This document shows, in pieces, positions 36,350 to 47,600 of a stretch of 64,000 nt of DNA. The first letter of the stretch is position 1. Each line of letters begins with the position of its first letter. Location of the stretch: the IMG/VR virus record IMGVR_UViG_3300025849_000011. The stretch is one strand, 5' to 3'. The notes below the pieces were generated by a model, which searched no databases, had not been told where the DNA came from, and was given only the letters and a program-made list of their open reading frames with translations. A program made the position numbers and the translations under genes. This DNA is from an uncultured virus (IMG/VR IMGVR_UViG_3300025849_000011) (Duplodnaviria; Heunggongvirae; Uroviricota; Caudoviricetes).

Positions 36350-37851
36350 AATTTCACCTCGTATTTTTTAAAGTTGAACTGTTCTTTTTTGTATATTTTT
36401 AATCGTTCTTCTCCATGAAGTAAAGCATAATTCATTTTCTTTTTATGCCGTAAATCGTCTATCACATCATATAATTTAGTAATTCTTCCATCGTCACTTT
36501 TTCGCAATCCTCTACCAACACTTTGCAGCACTCTAATTTGAGATTTACTTGGTGAAGCAAATATTATATTGTGTAGGTTTCTAATATTTATACCAGTACT
36601 AAAGGTTCCTAGAGATGCAACAATGATTGCGTCCTTTTGACTTTCTACAATTTTTCTAATGGCTTCTCTATCTGCCGCTTCTGTTGCTCCAGAAACAAAA
36701 AATACTTTTCTCTTATCTTCTTTTTTATCGCATATTAAATCATAAAGAACCTTACCATGCTTTTCCACAAATTGAAATAGTACTAGCGTATTGCCATCCA
36801 TACCTAATGATAAATTGCGAATAAATTTATTTCTTTTTTCATTTAAAACAATCCAATTAATTTCTTGTGCATAGGTGTTTCCTACGTTTTGAAAACAATC
36901 ATCCTCATCATATTTCAACTTTAACATATATATTTCAAGAGGCGCAAGTGTTGAATCGTCTTGTAGTTTTTTAGTAGTAGTTACCTTTATTACCTTTCCA
37001 AATAATCCTTCTAAAACCAATTTGTGAGTTTCAGTACCATCTAAAGTTCCAGTAGTTCCAAATCTATATGCAGTGTTTCTACTTTTATTCATAATAGATG
37101 TTAAGGATTTTGATTTAAACCCATGACATTCATCACCAAAAATTACACCGAAATTTGAAAACCATGGTGCAGGTAGTTTGTAAATAGATTGCCAAGTTGA
37201 TATAATTATTCTTTCTTTTATTCCTTTTTTTGCTTGACCAGAGTAAATAAAATGGCAATCCTTTTCTATATTAACACTATTATCGTGTGAAGAATAATCA
37301 CTAAAATCTGCAAACATCTGTTGAACAAGAGAAGTAGTTGGAACAATAACCAAAACATTATCGTGATGATTTTCCATATACCATCTCATTAAAACATATA
37401 TTATCAATGATTTACCTGATCCAGTTGGTGATAATAAAAGAGACCTTCTTTCTCTTATGGCAGAACACACAGCATCAAATTGATAACTTCGTATAGATAT
37501 TGGTTCTCCACGACTCCTCAAATTTAAACTTTCAATAAAATCCATAATTTCTCTTGGATTTATTTTATTAAAAACTTCTGGTGGGCCGTACTCCCCATCT
37601 TCATATTCTAATTCATATCCTCTTTCTTTAGAAAATATTTTTAGTTGATGTAATAATCCTGATGGCAATTCATGAGATAGAGCATTAAATATCTTTATCT
37701 TACCATCCCACATCTTTGATTTATATTTTGGCATGTACTTATATCCTGGAACAAAAAACGAAAAATATTCATTTAGTTCTTGAATAATACCATTATCACA
37801 ACCTAACAGAAGAGAACATTCATTCTTCTTCTGTACTACTATCTTATCCAC
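36346..37851 (-). CDS. uvsW: SF2 helicase UvsW
   Basis: SPTGSGKS, GDECH, TTGT, QSVGRGLR. Confidence 0.95.
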   Translation of the reverse strand: MDKIVVQKKNECSLLLGCDNGIIQELNEYFSFFVPGYKYMPKYKSKMWDGKIKIFNALSHELPSGLLHQLKIFSKERGYELEYEDGEYGPPEVFNKINPREIMDFIESLNLRSRGEPISIRSYQFDAVCSAIRERRSLLLSPTGSGKSLIIYVLMRWYMENHHDNVLVIVPTTSLVQQMFADFSDYSSHDNSVNIEKDCHFIYSGQAKKGIKERIIISTWQSIYKLPAPWFSNFGVIFGDECHGFKSKSLTSIMNKSRNTAYRFGTTGTLDGTETHKLVLEGLFGKVIKVTTTKKLQDDSTLAPLEIYMLKLKYDEDDCFQNVGNTYAQEINWIVLNEKRNKFIRNLSLGMDGNTLVLFQFVEKHGKVLYDLICDKKEDKRKVFFVSGATEAADREAIRKIVESQKDAIIVASLGTFSTGINIRNLHNIIFASPSKSQIRVLQSVGRGLRKSDDGRITKLYDVIDDLRHKKKMNYALLHGEERLKIYKKEQFNFKKYEVKL

Positions 37852-38290
37852 CGCTTTGATATACCTTCCACTTTATTATATTGCTTATTGTTTGATGCCG
37901 CCAGCGTAATGTCTCTACAATTTCTTGGAGCGTTTCAATCAATGTCTTATAATAGATTATTTTTTCTTCACTTTTCTGAATATCTGGATCAGAATCGTAA
38001 TAATAGTTCATATCACCCTTCATAATTTTCATACCATCAAATGGGTCAAACTCCCAATTCTTTTCAATAATTTGGTTTTCAGTCATCTTACCATTATAAT
38101 ATAGCCACTTATCTTTGAGAAGAATTTTTTGATTCATCTCAGCCCGTTTCTTTTGAAGTTTATATACTGAAAGTAATTGCAAATATTTTGCATGTAATTT
38201 CGCAATGTCCACACTAGATTTATCTAGATTATGCTCATCAATATTACAGTCGTTTGACCAATGTTCAAGTATTTCTTCAAGGTTAAGCAA
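37844..38290 (-). CDS. uvsY: Recombination mediator UvsY
   Basis: LHAKYL, YYNGK, I.N.I.W..YQSG; synteny. Confidence 0.9.
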   Translation of the reverse strand: MLNLEEILEHWSNDCNIDEHNLDKSSVDIAKLHAKYLQLLSVYKLQKKRAEMNQKILLKDKWLYYNGKMTENQIIEKNWEFDPFDGMKIMKGDMNYYYDSDPDIQKSEEKIIYYKTLIETLQEIVETLRWRHQTISNIIKWKVYQSGG

Positions 38291-38325
38291 TCATATTCTC
38301 CATAATGTATTAGTAATATATAGGT

Positions 38326-38829
38326 CTATTTTATCTCGTAATATCCAATCTTAAAGTTTACTGGAAAGGTAATTACAGGTGATGTTTCGGAAGTTGCTTC
38401 CATTAACACTGTACCAATGCTAGTGGGAACACAATCAATATATCTAATCGTCCTCACAACATTATTGTGACTACTAGTTATGGTTAAAGTTATGTCTAAT
38501 TCTTGTGTTGAAGAAACAGATGCTGCTTTATCCATAGGAGATTTATATTTTGTCTCAACCAAAGAACTCAACAAGTTAAAAACTTCAATATAAGTTTGCA
38601 TATTTTCATCAACTAAAATATCCATCGCCAAGTCTTCAAAAGTTAGTGTATCACCTGGAATTGAAATGCTTGAAATTCTCTTGAATGGTACACTTGGTGC
38701 TTGAACGCTTACACCGGGATGCACAATTCTTTGAGCGAAGAACTCAAGGTTTCCAAATGTGCTATGGTTTATAACTACCTTAAAATTGGTAGGTTGAAGA
38801 TAGTTCATATTTGTGGTAACTGTTGCCAT
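38326..38829 (-). CDS. 3: Tail tube terminator gp3
   Basis: NYLQPTNF, PGDTLTFEDL..DILVDENM..Y. Confidence 0.85.
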   Translation of the reverse strand: MATVTTNMNYLQPTNFKVVINHSTFGNLEFFAQRIVHPGVSVQAPSVPFKRISSISIPGDTLTFEDLAMDILVDENMQTYIEVFNLLSSLVETKYKSPMDKAASVSSTQELDITLTITSSHNNVVRTIRYIDCVPTSIGTVLMEATSETSPVITFPVNFKIGYYEIK

Positions 38830-38840
38830 CTGATTTTATC

Positions 38841-38870
38841 CAATTATATCCAATTATATCCGATTATATC
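38841..38870. repeat. Three tandem 10-bp repeats C(A/G)ATTATATC
   Basis: Between the late promoter at 38873-38880 and the gene 3 start. Confidence 0.8.
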
Positions 38871-38872
38871 TA

Positions 38873-38880
38873 TATTTATA
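38873..38880 (-). promoter_or_regulatory. Late promoter TATAAATA
   Basis: Exact consensus upstream of gene 3. Confidence 0.7.
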
Positions 38881-38941
38881 CTTGACATACCTATAAAATT
38901 ATAGTAATTATAATTGTAACAAAAGAGAAAGAGAGAATCAT

Positions 38942-39280
38942 ATGACTTTTGTAGTTCACACTCAAGTTCTGGAAAATTATGGCGCACATGCAGAGGATGG
39001 AAAATTCTCAAGTGGTAATGCTTACTGGAAGTTCAAAGGTGGAAACACTTATATTGTTTCTGACGTTGAACGTGAGCAAGATGCAGTTGCTTTCGTAATG
39101 GCTGCTTTCTGCGAAAACAATGTGGCATGGAAAGAATATCCTTCTTCAAATACGACTGTTGATGAGTGGTTGCAAACACTTGAAGAAGATGATAAATCCT
39201 ATCGCGATTTTCAAAAGGAAATGGCTTTGAATGTTTCTCCCCATAATGGAAAAACTGTCAAGGTAGGATTTTCTTCCTAA
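38942..39280 (+). CDS. Hypothetical protein (only convincing plus-strand gene)
   Basis: 112 aa filling an otherwise empty gap; TTGACA at 38882 and purine-rich leader; YWKFKGG.TY motif. Confidence 0.75.
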   Translation: MTFVVHTQVLENYGAHAEDGKFSSGNAYWKFKGGNTYIVSDVEREQDAVAFVMAAFCENNVAWKEYPSSNTTVDEWLQTLEEDDKSYRDFQKEMALNVSPHNGKTVKVGFSS

Positions 39281-39287
39281 TTACCAT

Positions 39288-39319
39288 AAAAAAAGCAGTG
39301 CCGTAGCACTGCTTTAAAA
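39288..39319. terminator. Intrinsic terminator after gene 23 (probably bidirectional)
   Basis: Minus strand AAAGCAGTGC-TACG-GCACTGC-TTTTTTT; second hairpin GGGCGAAA...TTTCGCCC at about 39330-39355. Confidence 0.8.
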
Positions 39320-39368
39320 GTTTTATAGAGGGCGAAATCGTTAATTGTTTCGCCCTTCTTGTGCAATA

Positions 39369-40721
39369 CTATGCACCCAGAATGTTGTCCACTCTGAAGA
39401 TTCTGTAGTATTGGTTTGTTTGCTTTGTTGCAAGACCGTTTGCTGGCGAAGAACCAACAAATGGGTTTGATACCATGCCGTAACGAGTTTTGAAACCAAT
39501 TTTTGGCTGGAAATCATTCTCACCAACGGCGCGAACCATTGTGAGAGGTACATATGGGCAATAGAAGATACCAGCATCATATGCATTTGTACCTTTATAA
39601 CCTACAGTGATGTAGTCAACAGTGGCATATGGGTCAACATATACTTTTGTGCGTCCGTTAAGAACACCAGCAAATGTGTTACCAGTGTCATCAACATTCA
39701 AGTTGGTTGACATTGCTGGAGCATAATCCAACATACCAGTTGCTGCCAAGCACGATGCAACATCACTAGATGTGATGATGAAGTTACCGCGACCTCTACG
39801 AGTTTCTTTGGCAATGTTATTGGCTTCACGCTCAATTTGAACCATGAGACCTTTAAACTTCTCAACGCTCCAACGACCATCAGCATCTGTTTGAAGATCA
39901 AAAACACCATTCAACAAAGTGTTACCAGTGGATGCACCAGTTTTTGCTTGTGAGTTGATGGTACGAATAACTTCGCGGTTGATTTCCGCGAGGATTTCAG
40001 TTGAAAGAATGTTGGCGAGTTCGCTTTCAGCGTCCAGACCATGAATTGCTTTCAAATCCTGTGCGAGTTCAAGCGAATATTCTGCTTTCAATGCGCGTGT
40101 TTTGGCAGATACAGTTGCTTTTTCAATGGTGAAACCCATTTCAGCAAATGCACTTGCACCAGATGTTCCAAGTGCTTCGCCATTTGCAAGCGACATTCCT
40201 GGAGTACCAACAGCAGGATCATTACGGTTATTGTCAATGCTTGAGTCAGGTGTTCCTGAATCTGCTACACCAGAAAGACCAGAACCATCGGCTACCATGT
40301 TTGCAGCAGAATCTCCAGAGAAAGCAGTTACTGCTTCATTAAAGAGTGCTTCATCATTTGCACTTGCCCCACCGCGAGAAGTTTCATAGGTTGATTTCAT
40401 TGCGAAAATCAGACCAGTTGGACCTGTCATTGGCTGAACACCACATACATCATATGCCATCATGTTTGGCATTGCGCGGCGAACCAACGAAATAAGTACA
40501 GGGTTCCAGTTAGCAACATTTGCTGTGTTGTTTGCTGGTGCTGCTTCTGTCAGTTGACCGAAACCACCTTGTTGTGTTGCTTGCTCACGCAAAGCAATTT
40601 CTTGGTTTTCAAGCACAACAGCAGTAACTGCTTTGCGGTGCTTGTCTTGGATGGAACCAGCAGATTCTTCATTGAGAACCGGACCCCATTTTTCAATCAG
40701 TTGATTGTAATTCATTTCCAT
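39369..40721 (-). CDS. 23: Major capsid protein gp23
   Basis: LVRRAMP, GVQPMTGPTGLIFA, RALKAEYSLELAQDLKAIHGLDAE, GFKTRYG. Confidence 0.98.
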   Translation of the reverse strand: MEMNYNQLIEKWGPVLNEESAGSIQDKHRKAVTAVVLENQEIALREQATQQGGFGQLTEAAPANNTANVANWNPVLISLVRRAMPNMMAYDVCGVQPMTGPTGLIFAMKSTYETSRGGASANDEALFNEAVTAFSGDSAANMVADGSGLSGVADSGTPDSSIDNNRNDPAVGTPGMSLANGEALGTSGASAFAEMGFTIEKATVSAKTRALKAEYSLELAQDLKAIHGLDAESELANILSTEILAEINREVIRTINSQAKTGASTGNTLLNGVFDLQTDADGRWSVEKFKGLMVQIEREANNIAKETRRGRGNFIITSSDVASCLAATGMLDYAPAMSTNLNVDDTGNTFAGVLNGRTKVYVDPYATVDYITVGYKGTNAYDAGIFYCPYVPLTMVRAVGENDFQPKIGFKTRYGMVSNPFVGSSPANGLATKQTNQYYRIFRVDNILGA

Positions 40722-40733
40722 AATGGATACTCC

Positions 40734-41816
40734 TTAGTTACTTGCTTTAATAGCAGCGACATACTTAGCCATGCTATCTGATACGTTTACATCTACATCC
40801 GTATCTTCTTGGGTTTCTTCTGTAAGTGTTTCTTCTACGATAGCAGCAGGTGCGACTGCTGGTGTACCATTGAAGTAAGACTCTTTGATGGTGTCAACTT
40901 TAAATTTGAAATTATCTTCATTTTCAAATTCTACGCCTTCAACCAGTTTTTCCAATTTTGATGCTTCAGTACTAGCAAGATCATATGATGCTTCTGCAAT
41001 AATAGCAGAACGCTTCAAATTAGAAATTGTTTCGTTCATATCAACATTGGTTTGGGTTTGCTTATTCAAAAGTTCTTCTAATTCTAGAACTTCTTCAGCG
41101 AGTTGGTCTACTAAGTCAACTTTGGTTTCTGGAACTTCAATGTAAGATTCCGTGAACAAGTCTTTCAACTTACCCATGAAGCCTTCAGCGATTTCAGTGC
41201 GAATACCTTGCTCTACAGCAATACGGTTTTCTTCCATCCATTGTTCAACAACGTAGTTTAAGTAAGAATCAATCTTGTCTACAAGGTCACCCTTTGCTTC
41301 ATTGATCGCTTCTTCAGTCTCTGTAGCGTATTGCTCTTCCAGAGATGTGACTTTTTCTGCGAATGCTTCATCCAATTCTTGAACTTTAGTTGCAACTCTT
41401 GTAGTAAGTGCTGCCTCAAAAATTGTACTTGCTTTTGCTTTAAAGTCTTCTGATAGAGATTCATCAGCAGAAATAAGGACTTCCAAATCAGCAGTAGAAG
41501 TATCTTCTACCATTGTTTCTTCTTCCATATCTACTTCAATTTCTTCACCCATCATTTTTTCATATGCTGCTTTGATTTCAGTCTTGGTTTTCATACCATT
41601 CATTTTATCAGTCATAGCATTAACCATACCCGCCTTAGTTTTAGGGGGGGATGCTTTTTTAGTAACTTGAGCCGCTTTCTGAACAGATTGTATGGAATCA
41701 TCTTCCGCACCTTCTGGATCATCTGAAAGTGATGCTTCAGTTACTTCTTCGTGAGATTCCACAATTTCGTTGTCATCATGGACCTCAAGTTCCTGGTCTT
41801 GTGTTTGATCAGTCAT
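40734..41816 (-). CDS. 22: Prohead core scaffold gp22
   Basis: LSEDFKAKASTIFEAA, YLNYVVEQW, very acidic. Confidence 0.92.
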   Translation of the reverse strand: MTDQTQDQELEVHDDNEIVESHEEVTEASLSDDPEGAEDDSIQSVQKAAQVTKKASPPKTKAGMVNAMTDKMNGMKTKTEIKAAYEKMMGEEIEVDMEEETMVEDTSTADLEVLISADESLSEDFKAKASTIFEAALTTRVATKVQELDEAFAEKVTSLEEQYATETEEAINEAKGDLVDKIDSYLNYVVEQWMEENRIAVEQGIRTEIAEGFMGKLKDLFTESYIEVPETKVDLVDQLAEEVLELEELLNKQTQTNVDMNETISNLKRSAIIAEASYDLASTEASKLEKLVEGVEFENEDNFKFKVDTIKESYFNGTPAVAPAAIVEETLTEETQEDTDVDVNVSDSMAKYVAAIKASN

Positions 41817-41829
41817 ACTTGACTCCTTT

Positions 41830-42480
41830 TTATTTCAGCAACGAGAGGAAATTTTCAAACCCACGAATTTGCGCTTCTTGCAAACCTTTTGATGGAGTTC
41901 TTTTTATTTCAGTCTCTATTTTTTCAATTTCTTGAGGTTTAATCATTCCATTATCCCATACCCAGTCTACACCTTCCATTATTCCATTAACGAAAGCATT
42001 AGGTGCGCTTGGGTCTTGAACAATGTCAACGGTGTTAAGAATAAAATCATCCTTAACTTCCATTATTCCATTACGTTTCTCAAGACTTCCCATACCACGA
42101 GTCGAAACACCTAGTTGACAACCACCATCAAGTAAACCCTTAACAACTTTACCCATAGGAGTGTCTAATATAAGTGCTTTACCCATCACATCATTTCCCT
42201 CAAACTTGAGGTCCGTAATACGATGGGATACCTTATCCAAGTTAACAGTTGGACCGTCTGGATGATTTAACTCACCTACAGCGCGTCCAGTTTTAACTTG
42301 TTCTTTTACATATTTGTTGATCGCATTTTCCATAATAGGCTTTGGATACATACGACCATTTCTATTCTTTGCTTCTGCTTGTGCAAAAACGCCTTCTATT
42401 TGATAAGACTTTTCACCATTTTCTTTTGCTTCAGTGATTAAATCTAACGCACCGTCACAGTACTCAGCAATTAGTTTCAT
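41830..42480 (-). CDS. 21: Prohead protease gp21
   Basis: NRNGRMY, GELNHP, GVSTRGMGSL, DPSAPNA. Confidence 0.96.
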   Translation of the reverse strand: MKLIAEYCDGALDLITEAKENGEKSYQIEGVFAQAEAKNRNGRMYPKPIMENAINKYVKEQVKTGRAVGELNHPDGPTVNLDKVSHRITDLKFEGNDVMGKALILDTPMGKVVKGLLDGGCQLGVSTRGMGSLEKRNGIMEVKDDFILNTVDIVQDPSAPNAFVNGIMEGVDWVWDNGMIKPQEIEKIETEIKRTPSKGLQEAQIRGFENFLSLLK

Positions 42481-42483
42481 GTC

Positions 42484-42678
42484 TTATCCTTTATATTGCT
42501 TAATGAATTCTTTTGCCATGGTCATCGCTTCTTTTTCTGAACTATAATTGTCCAAATGCTCACCATCAATATCAACTTTAAATTCTTTTCCTACTTTTTT
42601 AATATCAACTTTAGCACCATCTACTTTCATAGATTTTTCAATTAGTAGGTTTTCTTTTAATTCTTTAAAAGTTTTCAT
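42484..42678 (-). CDS. Prohead core protein (gp68 position)
   Basis: Leader MKTFKELKE; late promoter at 42709-42716. Confidence 0.55.
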   Translation of the reverse strand: MKTFKELKENLLIEKSMKVDGAKVDIKKVGKEFKVDIDGEHLDNYSSEKEAMTMAKEFIKQYKG

Positions 42679-42721
42679 TAAATTAACTCTTTTTATTAGC
42701 CTATAGTTTATTTATATAAAT

Positions 42722-42988
42722 TTATTCTTCAGATGTTGCATTCGCAAACATTTTTTGGCCCATAGATATTCTTTCCATATCTAGTGCGCTTTTGATTTTA
42801 TCACCAAGCATATCACTAAAAACTTCACCAGCAACTCTAAGATTGCCATCATGGATAGCATCAATCATATCAAGTGTAGGAGTTTCTTCCACTTCTATAT
42901 CTTCTTCTGCACTAGTATCAATAGTTTCGTTTTCACTGCTTTCTACATCATTAGTCTCATACTCTACTTCAAAATCTTCATCTTCCAT
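42722..42988 (-). CDS. Prohead core protein (gp67-like)
   Basis: Acidic 88 aa; late promoter at 43013-43020. Confidence 0.55.
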   Translation of the reverse strand: MEDEDFEVEYETNDVESSENETIDTSAEEDIEVEETPTLDMIDAIHDGNLRVAGEVFSDMLGDKIKSALDMERISMGQKMFANATSEE

Positions 42989-43038
42989 TTCAATATCTCC
43001 TTATTATATTGTTATTTATACAAAATAGTTTTTTCAAA

Positions 43039-44607
43039 TTAATGCCATCCATCACTATCAAAATACCCATCTGCTGTGGGAAATATATGTGGTATAATTA
43101 ATTCTGTTCCTTCTGCCGTTAAAAACGCACTATCTACTGAAGGTGTTGAACCGAATATCATAGCAATTCCAGGACCACCACAAACTCCCCATGCTCCTGT
43201 ACTTCCATCAAATGCAGCAGCACCACCGCCGCCACCGCCCCAATTTTTTGGATTATAGATTCTACCATGTGTACCAGAACCACCATCACTAGTAGTTCCT
43301 GTTTCTCTTGCATTTCCATCTTTTCCACCATAAATCCCATGACCACCTGCTTTTGAGTGAGAGCCTTCACCACCATCTTTAGCACCATCAGTTTTATTAG
43401 TGTTTGTGAGTTTGAAGTAAGAATTTCGTGTATTTTTTGTATTTGAATTACCGACAAAAACATTCTTTTTCATTGATATGTTTCCAGTTGTTACAGTGCT
43501 AGATGTTCCAAAAGGAATACCTTGGGCGTCTTGAAACCCAGTTTCTGCGACACCTGTAATCATACCTCTATCCATTGTATACTTTGTTGCCATATCGTAG
43601 GAAGAATCAAAAATACCTCCACCAGAATTTCTTTGAAAATTAGTACTACTTGCGCTTGATGGTGATACTACTGGACCTCTTGCCCCACCACCAGAAGCAA
43701 GAACTCCAGTACCACCATTTCCATTAGAAGGAGTTTGACCACTTGCCCCAAAACCTTTTCCACCAACAGGGTCTAAAACTGTTCCACTTGACCATGGACC
43801 AAATGTATAATTAAATGCACCTACTCCACCACCGCCACCGCCGTAATCGCCGCCAGTAAACGCGACTATAATACCACCATCACCGCCTGTTGAAGTTTGA
43901 ATATCATCATTATCTGGATAATCATTGAATATACTATTTTGACTTCTCTTATGTGTCGTATTAAACAATTCAACAGTGCCGCCATCACTAGCGATACCAG
44001 AATTATTTATTAGACCATCACCACCCCTACCGCCATTGGCTTGCACAAAAACCTCATAAGAACTTCCACCACTTGGTTTTACCTTTAGTTTTGTTGAACC
44101 ACCACTTGCACCATCACCTGTTGATCCTCCTGCACCCCCTGCACCAACATCAAATACCCATTTATCTCCAGCATTAAATGGAATTCCTTTTGGTATATAA
44201 ACCACTGATCCACCGCCACCACCGCCTCCTGGTGCAATTCCAGCACCCCCACCGCCAGCAACAATAATACATCCAAAATGTTTTCCAGCGAAATGTGCTG
44301 GTGGAGTTACATCATATGAGACAGTTGCACTAATATTTTCCCCAGATTGTCCAGTGACTATTGCACCCCAATGTGTTCTAAATGGTTCTGCTATTCCATC
44401 ACCAGCACCTTGAAAATCTAGTATTGATATTTCACCGCTTGTTGGAATTAAAATTGATTCATTTGCTGAGACATAACTTCCACCTCTATAATAATCAGTT
44501 AAAGTGTGGTTTACTGAACTACCAGAAGGAAAAACTTCGTCTATAGAATCTAAACTGAGACCTGGATCATTTGCATCAAATAAATTAACCATCCTCAACT
44601 TTACCAT
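43039..44607 (-). CDS. Glycine-rich tail fibre-associated protein/adhesin
   Basis: N-terminal DYYRGG...IPTSGEIS..DF.G and many polyglycine motifs; TAATG-coupled to the fibre gene. Confidence 0.7.
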   Translation of the reverse strand: MVKLRMVNLFDANDPGLSLDSIDEVFPSGSSVNHTLTDYYRGGSYVSANESILIPTSGEISILDFQGAGDGIAEPFRTHWGAIVTGQSGENISATVSYDVTPPAHFAGKHFGCIIVAGGGGAGIAPGGGGGGGSVVYIPKGIPFNAGDKWVFDVGAGGAGGSTGDGASGGSTKLKVKPSGGSSYEVFVQANGGRGGDGLINNSGIASDGGTVELFNTTHKRSQNSIFNDYPDNDDIQTSTGGDGGIIVAFTGGDYGGGGGGVGAFNYTFGPWSSGTVLDPVGGKGFGASGQTPSNGNGGTGVLASGGGARGPVVSPSSASSTNFQRNSGGGIFDSSYDMATKYTMDRGMITGVAETGFQDAQGIPFGTSSTVTTGNISMKKNVFVGNSNTKNTRNSYFKLTNTNKTDGAKDGGEGSHSKAGGHGIYGGKDGNARETGTTSDGGSGTHGRIYNPKNWGGGGGGAAAFDGSTGAWGVCGGPGIAMIFGSTPSVDSAFLTAEGTELIIPHIFPTADGYFDSDGWH

Positions 44608-47600
44608 TATCTTTTCTCCAGTTCCTCAATTCTTTCCTTTAACTCTTTAATTGATTCAATCAATAAAGGAACAAGTTTTTCATAATAAACGGCCTTATAC
44701 CCATCTACTCTATCTATAACAATCTCTGGTAGAACTTCTTCAACTTCTTGTGCTACAACACCTACATCATTTTTAGATGAGAAAATTTTATCCGCTTTTT
44801 CATTCCAAGTAAATGTATATCCATTTAATCTGCTAACTTTTTCAAGAGCATTATCAATTTTTTGTAAATTTTCTTTAAGTCTTAAATCTGATGATGCAGC
44901 AGCAATAACATTCCCTTCTGCACTAATATTTCCGGTTGCTGTAATAGCACCAGTAATTGCTAATGTTGAACCATCAAAAGTAGCATTCGCTTCAGCGTTA
45001 CCACCAGTACCAGTTGCAGTTACGATTCTATTATTTGCGTTATTGTCAACAGAAAATCCACCTACGCTTGAAGCATCAATTGTTACTGTTTGTCCACTTG
45101 CCGATACAGTCAAACCACTTGTGGCATCAGCAGTAAAAGTCACAATTCCATTGTTTGCATCTGGTGTGGTGGTTCCACCATTACCACCTGTAATTCTACC
45201 AATAAAAAATGGTGGTTTAAAAGAAAATTCGCCATTAGTATTGTCGTAAACAATATTTCCATTAACATCATCTGCACTAGTAAGGCCAGTAACACTTAAA
45301 TCTGTTAATCCTATTGAAGAAGGTAATGGTTTCATTTGAAATTCTGAAGGTGTTGTCCCAGAAATTTGTGTTGTTTTTGTTAATACCCAACCAACAGAAG
45401 CATTAGCACTATCGTCAAAATTAATAAAATCATTTAAATTCATTCTTCTGTTTATAAATTTTGTTGCGGAATTACTATCCAACATCATTACAGAAGGTTT
45501 ATTTTCATCACCAGAAGGTGCGGAGTGTGGTATGGTTAAAAAAGTATCCAGACATGAATCTACTGTAGTTGCAAAATATCCAGGAGTTAATTTAAAAGTA
45601 CCAATTCCATAATTAGAATCAGAACTAAAACTAATTGTACCTACTTTTCCAAACTCAGCATTATCAGAATCTGTAGTTCCTCTAAAATTTAAAAGACTTA
45701 CTGTCGCCGCTCTAAGATGCGTTAAAACCCCAGTTTCGGAATCATATGCCAAACTTCCTTCACCATGAGATGGTATAGATGGTGTATCTATGATTGATAT
45801 TGGTGGAAATAGTTCCGCTGGTCTAAATGTAAATGTTCCATTTGAATGTGATAATGCCGCTGGTTGTCTAGATTGTGCTGAACTTGTCGTTACAGTTAAC
45901 CCTTCACCAGCAGCAGGTGGTGTGAAAGTAAAAATACCAGTTCCATTATAAGCAAGACTTCCTGTACCAGATGGTGTTACATTAGTGACTGATAACTGAT
46001 AATCCTTTTTAAATGTTATTACACCAGTACCTTCAACATAACTTATTTCTCCACCTGCTTCTCTATTACTTGCATCATTAGTTACAGAAACAGCCGATTT
46101 TGCAGTTGTTGGAATATCCGCTGGTGTTAAAGTAATAAGTCCAGTACCACTATTATATGCAAGAGAACTTGCATTTCCACTCGGAGTCGCATTTGCCACA
46201 CCGATATTTTCAAGTGTTGAATCTACAATATCTGATATTTTTGCAGATTTAAATGTAAATACCCCAGTAGAAGTATTGTATGCTAAAGTAGATGTGGTTC
46301 CATCAGGAGTATCAGTAGTGACACTATGAGAAAGTGCTGGTGTAAATCCAAGAACACCATCTTGAACAGCATCAGTAGAAGGTGTCCAAGACAATGCTCC
46401 CCCACCAGCCGCTGATGCAGTAGTTACAGATATTTTATTTTGTACAGCAATAATTGCTCTACTATCTCTGTGGTAAAGGTTTGTTGACCCTTCCGTAAGT
46501 CCATCTGTAGTTACTGTATTAAATACTCCAGTTACATTAACATCGCCATTCTCATCTACTCTAAAGATTGAGTTTCCAGAATTTATTGTATCACTATATG
46601 GATTTTTATTATTCCAAATTCCAAAATATTTTCCAGTTGAGTTATTAGTAATATCTAAAAAGTTATACATTGAATTATAACTAGATAATAAAGTACTATT
46701 TGTCTCATCTGCTGCTGCATCGTAATCAAACTCAAATGTTGGTTTATCTCCTTCCCACTCATCATTTGAAGGCTTACTAAATATTTTATACTCTTTGATA
46801 TTTAAATTTCCACCCAAACTGGGACTGTCATCGTATGAAATATCCAAATATCCCTCAGAGAATATTGATTTCATATTATGACGTAACCCTTTCATACTCT
46901 TTCCATTACCATCAGACTCTGGAGTACTAAGGTTGATTAAATCGGTATTGTCATTTTTTACTTCTATTGTTAAAATTTGATTTCCAGATGCGTTTGGACT
47001 ATCAATTAAATATATTCTTGCTTGGTCATCAGCATCAGAAGCAAATGCTTCGTCTGGAAAATGAATACCGTTTGTAGCACCAGCAGAAACATTTACTGTA
47101 CTGTTAAATGTAGATGGTGTAGATGCAATAACACCACCACTCAATTTTAAATCATTATTTCCAGTAGTTTCTGCAATAATATTTCCTCTAAAATTAGTCA
47201 GTGCGCTATTACTATTAGTTTCTCCACCAATCAAGAAAAATGTTTTGTTTAGTATGAAAACTCTTATTTTTGGTTGATTTATTGAATTAGAATACTCAGC
47301 GACTTCATAAACTTTACTTTTTGATCCAAGTTGAAAAATAGAAGCATATTGATAATTTCCTATTGCTGCTGTACCAGACGCTGATAATTTTACTAAACCA
47401 TGTTCTTTTAATTCTGCTATTAAAAATGAATCAGTATATTTCCAATTCCCAAAAGATGTAATGATACAAATATTATCCGTTCCACCGTTTCTCAAAGCAG
47501 TTAAATCAGTTGCCATTTGTTGAGCAACAACTCCACTAGTATCAACCGTTGCATCTATATTATAATTTGTGGTTGAAACTAGATCACCAATATTTGTAAA

